A DNA stretch of 64,000 nucleotides from Macrostomum lignano (taxonomy: Eukaryota): the NCBI GenBank assembly GCA_002269645.1, contig NIVC01000143.1:558001-622000 (forward strand), in the 5' to 3' direction. This document shows positions 16,930-26,810 of this stretch, piece by piece. The translations under genes were made by a program, and so were the position numbers. How positions within the stretch are numbered: position 1 is the first letter of the stretch; each line of letters opens with the position of its first letter. The notes beneath the pieces are model-generated. The model had not been told where the DNA came from. It did not search any database and was given only the letters and a program-made list of their open reading frames with translations.

Positions 16930-17168
16930 CAACCGACATAGCCATATCTGAAGGCAGCGTACGGCTGTTTAGTCCAAGGTCTGGGGGTCACTACACACAC
17001 TAAATTACCCCAGCTAATGCTGGCACCCATTTTACAGCTGAGTGAACTGAAGCAATGCAGAGTTAAGTGTCTTGCTCAAGGACACTAGTTGTTTCGGTGA
17101 GGTCGAGAATCGAACCCCCGACATTCAAGTCGTAAGTCCGACGCTCTAACCACTAGGCTACAACCCCC
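16930..17168 (-). mobile_element. tRNA-derived CORE-type SINE, copy 1
   Basis: Minus-strand head has A box (TAGCCTAGTGGTT) and B box (GGTTCGATTC), followed by GTGTCCTTGAGCAAGACACTTAAC...CTGTAAAATGGG, which resembles the MIR/CORE domain. Confidence 0.8.
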
Positions 17169-18029
17169 CTTATTCTTTTAATGCTACTGAAAGTAGAAAT
17201 AAGAAAATAAGAAAATATAAACAACAAAAAGTTAACGAAACACAATGAAACAGAATTTTATATTTACATAACATACAAGTATAACGTATACAATATAACG
17301 GATTCTAAGAAATTTTATTACAAACATAAGAGCCATAGTTAACTGATAGTTACAATTACAACAACATATTATGCTTCTTTTTAACGAATCATAAAATTCC
17401 AAGAAATCAACTTTAAATCAATAAGGGTCTGTAACCACCGAGAAGGCAAGCAGTCGGAGGCCTATGAGACGCCAAAGGTCAATTGGAATTTGTTGGTAGG
17501 CCATCAAAGGGAGAATTAGTGTTTACATTTAAGCCATGGCTAGTAGGGAGGCTTTAAGGCCTGATGCTTTTTCGCATTAATCAGCTTTTTTCGGTCCAAT
17601 TCGGTCCATCCGGTGTTGAGAATGCGGAGAACCTTATCTGTGAACGTCCGCTACCTATAAATAAGGGCTACCGGGCGAGCGACCATCTAACCTCTTGGAT
17701 AGTCATTGCGGGACACCCCAGGACCAGACGTGTCTTGTTAATGAAGATTTACGCAACTATAAGCTAGTCTTCAATTAAGAATATAATAAAAAGAAATCCG
17801 AAAATCAACATTTGGTTTTTTTCGACGCGTTTCGCACACCAAGGTGCATCGTCAGGTATATTGTTTGAAACGAAAGGTGTGAGTAAGCGAATTTACCTGA
17901 TTTAAGGGTATAAATTTCAATGATAAAAAACTGAATCAAAGACAGTATAGTAGTGACAGACTGCTTCAAGTTTAGGTCAATTTCGTAGCCATGTAACTAG
18001 TAATTAAAACTTTGTTGATCTTCCACAAT

Positions 18030-18270
18030 AAAGGTAAAGTTATGATCCAATACCACGACTGAAAGGTCGGGGCTACGATTCTCGACCCACTAGGAACAAT
18101 AATTTGTGTCCTTGAGCAAGACACTCAACTCATGCATTTCTCCAGTTCACCCTGCTGTAAAATGGGGTAATTATGGGTGTGTGGCGACCTACCAGTCCTT
18201 GGACTGAATAGCCGTACGCAGCCTTCAGTTGCAAATTAGGACAGATTTAATAATAAATTATTATTATTAT
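18030..18270 (+). mobile_element. tRNA-derived CORE-type SINE, copy 2 (decayed head)
   Basis: Same core (GTGTCCTTGAGCAAGACACTCAAC...CTGTAAAATGGG) and tail (CCTTGGACTGAATAGCCGTACGC) as copy 1, in opposite orientation, with a (TTA)-rich end. Confidence 0.78.
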
Positions 18271-18312
18271 CATTATTTAAATGAACCTAAACTTGAAGAA
18301 TTCATTTAGCTA

Positions 18313-18834
18313 CTACTGATTAGCAGCAAACTGAGTAGTAGTATTGCTAGCAAGATCATGCTCAGAGGCAGCCTGACTCAGGGGAGCCAGCTCGCCCACA
18401 GTGGCCACAGATGCAGCATAGTGCTCAGGATAAGCTCTCTCAGTCAGCCGTTTGATATTATTAATCCTTTTAAACACCAGCTCAAGATCTTTCCGCAACT
18501 CGTCCAGAGTCTGCTGGTGCTGCCGGAACTCCCCACTCAGCTGGCGAAATCGTCCCAGCGAGAGTTCATTGAAATTTGACAGCATATGATTGGCCCGCTC
18601 GAATCTCTCAAGCATCTCAGTCTGAGACACTGTGATCACGTGCAGGGAGGGCCGGTCAATCATGGATAGAAATGAGCCAGTGAGAGCTTCCGGTCTCTGG
18701 GGATTCACTAATGTCTGCCGGCGCAGCTGCTGCTGTCTCTGCTGAGGAGACATCTGACCATCGCTGTCATCAGCTGCTGCTGCTGCTGCTGCTGTGGCAC
18801 CATCATGGCTGCTGCTGCCGGAGTTCGATGTCAT
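18313..18834 (-). CDS. KXD1: KxDL motif-containing protein 1 (BORC subunit), single coding exon, 173 aa
   Basis: Q..MLERFERANHML.NFNELS..R...RKDLELVFKRI..IK....AYP matches the KxDL family signature. An acceptor-like CACTTCAG lies 5 nt before the ATG. Confidence 0.9.
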   Translation of the reverse strand: MTSNSGSSSHDGATAAAAAAADDSDGQMSPQQRQQQLRRQTLVNPQRPEALTGSFLSMIDRPSLHVITVSQTEMLERFERANHMLSNFNELSLGRFRQLSGEFRQHQQTLDELRKDLELVFKRINNIKRLTERAYPEHYAASVATVGELAPLSQAASEHDLASNTTTQFAANQ

Positions 18835-18890
18835 TCAGTCTGAAGTGGATGTTGCACTGCAGTGATACCTAGTTCAACCGTACACCTGAG

Positions 18891-18923
<33 letters not shown>

Positions 18924-19327
18924 GCCTGTCTGTCTGTCTGTCTGTCTGTCCCTATTTCTATAGTATACATTCTATTGAATTCCTTCAATTTCTTCAGTAC
19001 ATATTTATTCACTATACACCAAAATAGGATGTTGTGTACTGGAAGTGCCTGCCCTAGCGTGTATATACAAGTATGTCTTGCCTAAATCTTTAAAAGAAAA
19101 TAGCTAACATAAATTCGTTACTATCAGAATGACGGAAGTAACACGGCTACTTCTAAAGATTAAGTAAAAATATTCAGAACCGAATTTTTTATTTAAAACA
19201 CTAAGATTTTTCAAACAGACACAAATGACTTGTAGAAGTTATAAAATTTAATTCAACGGTTGAAAAGCGGGACATTGCAGCCCATGTAGCTCTGGGATAT
19301 GGTAGAATTTTGTGCTTTGCAGATTGA

Positions 19328-21135
19328 GGCAGGGAGAGAAGCAGGGAGAGAGGCAGGGAGAGAGGCAGGGAGAGAGGCAGGGAGAGGCAAGGAGAGAGAC
19401 AGGGAGAGAGGCAGAGAGAGGTAGGGGGAGAATCAGAGAGAGGCAGGGAGAGAGGCAGGGAGAGAAGGGAGAGAGGCAGGGAGAGGCAGGGAGAGAGGCA
19501 GGGAGAGAAGGGAGAGAGGCAGGGAGAGAAGCAGAGAGAGGCAGGGAGAGAGGCAGGGAGAGAGGCAGAGAGAGAGGCAGGGAGAGAGGCAGGGAGAGAG
19601 GCAGGGAGAGAGGCAGGGAGAGAGGCAGGGAGAGAGGCAGGGAGAGAGGCAGGGAGAGAAGGGAGAGAGGCAGAGAGAGGCAGGGAGAGAGGCAGGGAGA
19701 GAGGCAGGGAGAGAGGCAGGGAGAGAAAGGAGAGAGGCAGAGAGAGACAGGGAGAGAGGCAGGGAGAGAGGCAGGGAGAGAGGCAGGGAGAGAGGCAGGG
19801 AGAGAGGCAGGGAGAGAGGCAGGGAGAGAGGCAGGGAGAGAGGCAGGGAGAGAGGCAGGGAGAGAAGCAGGGAGAGAGGCAGGGAGAGAGGCAGGGAGAG
19901 AGGCAGGGAGAGGCAAGGAGAGAGACAGGGAGAGAGGCAGAGAGAGGTAGGGGGAGAATCAGAGAAAGGCAGGGAGAGAGGCAGGGAGAGAGGCAGGGAG
20001 AGAAGGGAGAGAGGCAGGGAGAGGCAGGGAGAGAGGCAGGGAGAGAGGCAGGGAGAGAAGGGAGAGAGGCAGGGAGAGAAGCAGAGAGAGGCAGGGAGAG
20101 AGGCAGGGAGAGAGGCAGAGAGAGAGGCAGGGAGAGAGGCAGGGAGAGAGGCAGGGAGAGAGACAGGGAGAGAGGCAGGGAGAGAGGCAGGGAGAGAGAC
20201 AGGGAGAGAGGCAGGGAGAGAGGCAGGGAAAGAGGCAGGGAGAGAGGCAGGGAGAGAGGCAGGGAGAGAGGCAGAGAGAGAGGCAGGGAGAGAAGGGAGA
20301 GAGGCAGAGAGAGGCAGGGAGAGAGGCAGGGAGAGAGGCAGGGAGAGAGGCAGGGAGAGAGGCAGGGAGAGAAAGGAGAGAGGCAGAGAGAGACAGGGAG
20401 AGAGGCAGGGAGAGAGGCAGGGAGAGAGGCAGGGAGAGAGGCAGGGAGAGAGGCAGGGAGAGAGGCAGAGAGAGGCAGGGAGAGAGGCAGGGAGAGAGGC
20501 AGGGAGAGAGGCAGGGAGAGAGGCAGGGAGAGAGGCAGGGAGAGAGGCAGGGAGAGAAGCAGGGAGAGAGGCAGGGAGAGAGACAGGGAGAGAGGCAGGG
20601 AGAGAGGCAGGGAGAGAGGCAGGGAGAGAAAGGAGAGAGGCAGAGAGAGACAGGGAGAGAGGCAGGGAGAGAGGCAGGGAGAGAGGCAGGGAGAGAGGCA
20701 GGGAGAGAGTCAGGGAGAGAGGCAGGGAGAGAGGCAGGGAGAGAAGGGAGAGAGACAGGGAGAGAGGCAGGGAGAGAGGCAGGGAGAGAGGCAGGGAGAG
20801 AGGCAGGGAGAGAGGCAGGGAGAGAAGGGAGAGAGGCAGGGAGAGAGGCAGGGAGAGAGGCAGGGAGAGAGACAGGGAGAGAGACAGGGAGAGAGGCAGG
20901 GAGAGAGGCAGGGAGAGGCAGGGAGAGGCAGGGAGAGAGGCAGGGGGAGAAGGGAGAGAGGCAGGGAGAGAGGCAGGGAGAGAAGGGAGAGGCAGGGAGA
21001 GAGGCAGGGAGAGAGGCAGGGAGAGATGCAGGGAGAGAGGCAGGGAGAGAGACAGGGAGAGAGGCAGGGAGAGAGACAGGGAGAGAGGCAGGGAGAGAGG
21101 CAGGGAGAGAGGCAGGAAGAGAAGGGAGAGAGGCA
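19328..21135. repeat. 12-bp minisatellite (GCAGGGAGAGAG)n, ~1.8 kb
   Basis: Tandem units between ATPSCKMT and KXD1. Source of false ORFs 19248..21334. Confidence 0.97.
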
Positions 21136-21182
21136 ACTCAAAAAACAGCAGCAAAATAACAAGTAGGATGCAGCATCCGGCA

Positions 21183-22925
21183 TCAACTCCAAGCTCTCGC
21201 AGCACCGTTAGTCCTGGCAGCAGCAGCAGCAGCCGCAGGTGGCCGGTACAGCCACACGGAGTCCACCCCGTCAATAATCTGGTCGACATGTCTCCAGTCG
21301 GGCAGTCGGTACCGACAAGCCACCACGCAGGCATCTGGATGCAACTCAGCCGCCAGCTTGGCTTGCAAGGGTTTCATTAAAGACTTCACCCCGAATATCA
21401 CCACAACATCGTATGTGGACAGCGAGTGGCGGAGCAGGTCGGTTCGTAGGAATTTCGGACGATGAATGCAGTTGAGACGGGAACAGGTGAGGCGACTGTA
21501 CAGCACCAGGGGCCAGTTGAGCTCGACACCAGTGGCTTGGTACAGGCGGAGTGCCGCTTCGCGTACAATGCGACCGTCTCCGGAGCCAAGGTCTATCTGG
21601 TGTGAGGGAGTTAAGCGGTTCTTCATGGTGTGACTCTTCATGGTTTGATTCTTCATGGTGTGATTCTTTATGGGTTGATTCTTCATGGTGTGATTCTTCA
21701 TGGTGTAATTCTTCATGGTGTGATTCTTCATGGTGTGATTCTTCATGGTGTGATTCTTCATGGTGTAATTCTTCATGGTGTGATTCTTCATGGTGTGATT
21801 CTTCATGGTGTGATTCTTCATGGTGTGATTCTTCATGGTGTGATTCTTCATGGTGTGATTCTTCATGGTGTGACTTCTCATGGTGTGATTCTTCATGATG
21901 TGATTCTTCATGGTGTGATTCTTCATAGTGTGACTCTTCATGATCTGATTCTTCATGATGTGATTCTTCATAGTGTGACTCTTCATGATGTGATTCTTCA
22001 TGGTGTGACTCTTCATGGTGTGATTCTTCATGGTGTGATTCTTTATTGTGTGATTCTTCATGGTGTGATTCTTCATGGTGTGATTCTTCATGATGTGATT
22101 CTTCATGGTGTGATTCTTCATAGTGTGACTCTTCATGGTGTGATTCTTCATGGTGTGATTCTTCATGTTGTGATTCTTCATGATGTGATTCTTCATGATG
22201 TGATTCTTCCTGATGTGATTCTTCATGATGTGATTCTTCCTGATGTGATTCTTCCTGATGTGATTCTTCATGGTGTGATTCTTCATGATGTGATTCTTCA
22301 TGGTGTGATTCTTCATGGTGTGATTCTTCATGATGTGATTCTTCATGGTGTGATTCTTCATGGTGTGATTCTTCATGTTGTGATTCTTCATGGTGTGATT
22401 CTTCCTGATGTTATTCTTTAAGTTGTGATTCTTCCTGATGTTATTCTTTATGGTGTGACTCTTCAAGGTATGATTATTTATGGTGTCACTCTTCATGGCG
22501 CGATTTTTTATGATGTGATTCTAACAGTGATTTGAGAAGATAGAAAAACATTTAAAAAAGTTTTTTTAAAGTGATATTTCAATGAGTGTAGACGGCCGCT
22601 CACTAACCAGTCTCACTGGCATGCTGGGCACCTTAGTAATTCTGTTATTCTTCTTGAGCAAGCTGAATACATTGGCCACCTGGCTGTCGGTGGCCGGTAC
22701 AAACGGCAGCGCGTGGCGCCTCAGCGCCGGCGTCAGAAAGGGCGCCGCCGCGAACACCATGCCTAGGGCGCCGGCCGCGCAAGCGGCGCCAACCGCCAGA
22801 CGGCGCAGGGGAGATGCGACTGCGGTCGGAGCTGACGGTGAAGATGATGAAGCGCCTGGGAGGCTGTAAATTGCAGCCTCATCACTGATGGCGCAGTTGG
22901 ATTCCGAGTCTGGCTGGAGTATCAT
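21183..22925 (-). CDS. ATPSCKMT: ATP synthase c-subunit lysine N-methyltransferase (FAM173B-like), 2 exons
   Basis: Exon 1 22925-22608 (donor GTTAGT; alternative donor after 22632) and exon 2 21596-21183. Motifs [44 protein letters not shown] and GVDSVWLY. Confidence 0.9.
21622..22520. repeat. 15-bp minisatellite (GTGTGATTCTTCATG) filling the ATPSCKMT intron
   Basis: Tandem units that produce the KNHTM-repeat false extension of ORF 21183..22496. Confidence 0.97.
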
Positions 22926-23049
22926 TTTTTGGCGAATGCTTTATGATTTCTGCTTTTGCAATCACTTTTCCAGGGGGTTATAAGGTCTTCAGGGTCATAG
23001 GATACATCTTAGGGTAAAAAATTGTTTACGTTCATGGAATGTTCTTTAG

Positions 23050-23530
23050 GGTCATGGGGTATTATGTAGACTCATAATGGAATATTCTTCATGGTCATTG
23101 GATATTTTTTGGCGTCTTGGGATACACTTTAAGGTCATGGGATATTCTTTATGGTCATTGGATATTCTTTGGCGTTTTGGGATATTCTTTAGGGTCATGG
23201 GATATTCTTTGGGGTCTTGAGATATTCTTTAGGGTCATAGGATATTCTTTGGGGTCTTGGGATATTCTTTAGGGTCATTAACTATCCTTAAGGGTCATGG
23301 GATATTATTTAGGGTAATGAGATGTTCTTTAGGGTCATGGGATATTCTTTGGGGTCTTGGGATATTCTTTGGGGTCATGGGATATTCTTTAGGGTCATGG
23401 GATATTCTTTGGGGTCATGGAATATTCTTTGGGGTCATGGGATATTCTTTAGGGTCATGGGATATTCTTTAGGTCCTAGGATATTCCTGGGATATTTTAG
23501 GATATTCTTTAGGTCCTAGGATATTTTTAA
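23050..23530. repeat. 20-bp minisatellite (GGTCATGGGATATTCTTTAG)
   Basis: Tandem units in the intergenic spacer. Confidence 0.93.
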
Positions 23531-23718
23531 GGTTCATGGGATCATACGACGTACTAACGGTTATACAACACTTTTGGGGTCATACTATACGATAGCCACT
23601 ATCATTATCACAAACTCGTAAATCTTTCAGCAAGACTATTGGCTATAATACCAACTATTTTCAAATAATATATTTGTAAACTTTTCAACTAGACTATGAG
23701 CTCACACAATGCACAAAC

Positions 23719-24519
23719 TCATTGCGACAGACTTCTAAAAGCAGCAACACAGGCAGATAAATCAACACCAACAGTGTTAGAAGCAGAAGTTCTTCGTTTC
23801 TTAGAGTCGGCAGCAGCGGCACTGCAGCTCAAGGCAGCAGACAAATCGAAAGCAACTCTCAAGCACAATTCTCCAACAGTTTCTGCGCTGGCAGGAGGCA
23901 CTCTCTTAAAAACATTAAAAGTTAAACAGTGATAAGCCAGTAGGCCAGCCTTTTGGTTGCCATGGTGACACAGGACAGTCAGTTGATTAGATTTTTCGTT
24001 GCTATCCGCTTCAAATGCCTTAGCAACGAAGTTGGCGGCTTCAATCAGCTGATTCCTAGTCAGACTGCCGCCAGGCAGTGCAGGGCAGCAGGCTACTGCA
24101 GTTTGGTCCAGTCTCAAAGTGGCCTCACATCGACCAGCCAAGGTCAAAGCGGTGCTTGACAAATTTCTCAACTGATTGACAATTGACAGACACCTGGAGT
24201 GAGATCGAATCAGCCTGCTGATCTCAGCCTCATCCGGTGATTCTAAATTATTCGATAAAGACTCGTTTGAACTCGAACTGGACGATGAAGAATAAGATTC
24301 ATGATCACTATCAGCTTCACTTGTGCTTTTATTCTCATCATCAGCTTTGGACAGAGCTAGTTTTAAATCTTGTCTCAGCTGACGAGTAGAAGAGTGCAGT
24401 CTGACGCTTGTGGCGCGGTAGTCCAGCGCCAAGTCTACAAGTTGACGCGAATGACGCTGCCACAGTTGTGACACTTCGGGATCCTTGCGCGAAGATAAGG
24501 GATTAGGGAATAAGTGTAG
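23719..24519 (-). CDS. Met-less 266-codon open frame, possibly CINP-like (CDK2-interacting protein)
   Basis: Open from directly after TTTTTAG (24519) to TGA at 23719 with no ATG codon. Coiled-coil-like helices flank an S/E-rich linker. PAL...T...E...K....L.H.G....LL.Y recalls the CINP C-terminus. Family assignment is tentative. Confidence 0.7.
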   Translation of the reverse strand, partial: LHLFPNPLSSRKDPEVSQLWQRHSRQLVDLALDYRATSVRLHSSTRQLRQDLKLALSKADDENKSTSEADSDHESYSSSSSSSSNESLSNNLESPDEAEISRLIRSHSRCLSIVNQLRNLSSTALTLAGRCEATLRLDQTAVACCPALPGGSLTRNQLIEAANFVAKAFEADSNEKSNQLTVLCHHGNQKAGLLAYHCLTFNVFKRVPPASAETVGELCLRVAFDLSAALSCSAAAADSKKRRTSASNTVGVDLSACVAAFRSLSQ

Positions 24520-24549
24520 CTAAAAATCATCTTGTCATGGCTATCTAGA

Positions 24550-25152
24550 TTATCCTGAACTGATCCTTAGAGTCCCCAGTCTACTCAGAACTGATCCTTG
24601 GAGTCCCCAGTCTACTCAGAACTGATCGTTGGAGTCCCCAGTCTACTCAGAACTGATCGTTGGAGTCCCCAGTCTACTCAGAACTGAATCTTATAGTCCC
24701 CAATCTACTCAAAACTGATCCTTGGAGTCCCCAGACTACTTAGAACTGATCCTCAGAGTCCTCAGTCTACTCAGAACTGATCCTGAGAGTCCCCAGTCTA
24801 CTCAGAACTGATCCTCAGAGTCCCCAGACTACTTAGAACTGATCCTCAGAGTCCCCAGACTACTTAGAACTGATCCTCAGAGTCCCCAGACTACTTAGAA
24901 CTGATTCTTAGAGTCCCCAGACTACTTAGAACTGATTCTTAGAGTCCCCAGTCTACTCAGAACTGATTCTTAGAGTCCTCAGTCTACTCAGAACTGATTC
25001 TTAGAGTTCCCAGTCTACTCAGAACTGATTCTTAGAGTTCCCAGTCTACTCAGAACTGATTCTTAGAGTTCCCAGTCTACTCAGAACTGATTCTTAGAGT
25101 TCCCAGTCTACTCAGAACTGATCCTTAGCGTCCACAGTCTACTCAGAACTGA
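24550..25152. repeat. 31-bp minisatellite (GAGTCCCCAGTCTACTCAGAACTGATCCTTA)
   Basis: Tandem units between the TPRKB stop and the Met-less ORF. Confidence 0.95.
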
Positions 25153-25337
25153 TATATTACTTAGAAAATCAATTACTTTACAAAAAACCAAGCAAAAAAA
25201 ACATTTCAAAGAAGCAATAAAGACCTAATTTCACGTTAACAACAATTTACTTTGACACAATAATTGAACAAATAAAAACTTGCAATTAGGCTACTGATAG
25301 TAATATAAACAAGAGAGCAACAATTAAAATTGCAGTC

Positions 25338-26810
25338 CTACACGGTAACCACATCTTTGCAAGCGACTCTGGTTACAAAACAGTAACTGAGAGAATCTCC
25401 AGATTCCTTTGACAGGGCCTGCTCCTCCGGTGTGACTTTGTACAGTTCAAATAGTTCGACAAGATCGCACTCGGGATTCGTGTCGGGCCACAGTGAATGG
25501 CTAGATTCGCAATCTAGTTGACTGGTCAATTTGGATTCTAATCCGTCTAGGCTAGCGGACGATTTATCAGCTGATTGGGGATGAAACAGCACAGCAACTA
25601 CACTGGCAGTGCTGGAGTTCATACCGAACTTGGCTAAAGATTGACTGATATTTTTTGTTGGCGATAGACAGTACAGCAGTTCCGTGTGAATTGATTTAGT
25701 TGCCATGCGAGACTCCGATTGATGAGCCAAAGCTTGATTGGCGGCTGTGAGCAGGTGCAAGCTGTCGTACACCTGAGATCAATGACAAATTTATGTCATT
25801 TAGAAGGCCGCTAATACCCTATGGGTTATTTATTCATAAAAGGTCGCTAATACCCCTACAGGTCATTTAGAAGACCGCTAATACCCCATGGGTCATTTAG
25901 AAGGTCGCTAATACCGTTTTGGGTCACTTAGAAGGTCAAAAGATACCCCCAGGGGTCATTTAGAAGGTCGCTAATACCCCAGGGGTCATTTAGAAGATCG
26001 CTAATACCCCAGGGGTCATTTAGAAGGTCGCTAATACCCCCAGGGGTCATTTATTGAATAGAAGGTCGCTAATACCCCCAGGGGTCATTTAGAAGGTCGC
26101 TAATACCCCAGGGGTCATTTAGAAGGTCGCTAATACCCCCAGGGGTCATTTAGAAGGTCGCTAATACCCCAGGGGTCATTTAGAAGGTCGCTAATACCCC
26201 CAGGGGTCATTTAGAAGGTCGCTAATACCCCCAGGGGTCATTTAGAAGGTCGCTAATACCCCAGGGGTCATTTAGAAGGTCGCTAATACCCCCAGGGGTC
26301 ATTTAGAAGGTCGCTAATACCCCATGTGGTCATTAAGAAGGTCGCTAATACCATATTTGGGTCATTTAGAAGGTCGCTAATACCCGATAGGTCATTAAGA
26401 AGGTCGCTAATACCCTTGTGGGTCACTTAGAAGGTCAATAATACTCCTACGGGTCATTTAGGTCGCTAATACCCCCAGGGGTCATTTAGAAGGTCGCTAA
26501 TACCCCCAGGGGTCATTTGGAAGGTCACTAATACCCCAGGGGTCATTTACAAGGTCACTAATACCCCATGGGCCATTTAGAAGGCTGCTAATACCCTTGA
26601 CTTCTTCAGAATCTCACTAATACAAGCACAGTTGCTGCAAAAGCTCACTAATTTAGTTGACACCAAAGCTCCAGCAAGGTGACCTTGGATAGCAGCAGTG
26701 TGCACCTCTGCAGGATTTTTCAATCCTTGAAACAGGCGCATTGAAATAGTCACATTAGGTACCGACATACTTGGATAGCGCATCCAACCAGTGCTTGAAG
26801 TTGTCATCAT
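25338..26810 (-). CDS. TPRKB: KEOPS complex subunit CGI-121/TPRKB, 2 exons, 198 aa
   Basis: Exon 1 26810-26649 (donor GTGAGC) and exon 2 25772-25338, phase 0. Motifs LFQGLKN, HLLTAANQAL, M.TKSIHTELLYCLSPTKNISQSLAKFG and TRVACKDV. Confidence 0.92.
25790..26600. repeat. ~29-30-bp minisatellite (GGGTCATTTAGAAGGTCGCTAATACCCCAG) in the TPRKB intron
   Basis: Tandem units fill almost the whole intron. Confidence 0.95.

Noticed and set aside
17085-17168. tRNA gene
   Set aside because: It has A and B boxes but no proper cloverleaf or acceptor stem, and it runs into a SINE core that has a second copy at 18030.
19248-21334. 633-aa and related ORFs
   Set aside because: A 12-bp minisatellite lacking stop codons.
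21597-22496. His-rich KNHTM-repeat N-terminus fused to the methyltransferase (437-aa ORF)
   Set aside because: The repeat is the intron. Splicing exon 1 to 21596 restores the normal FAM173 sequence.
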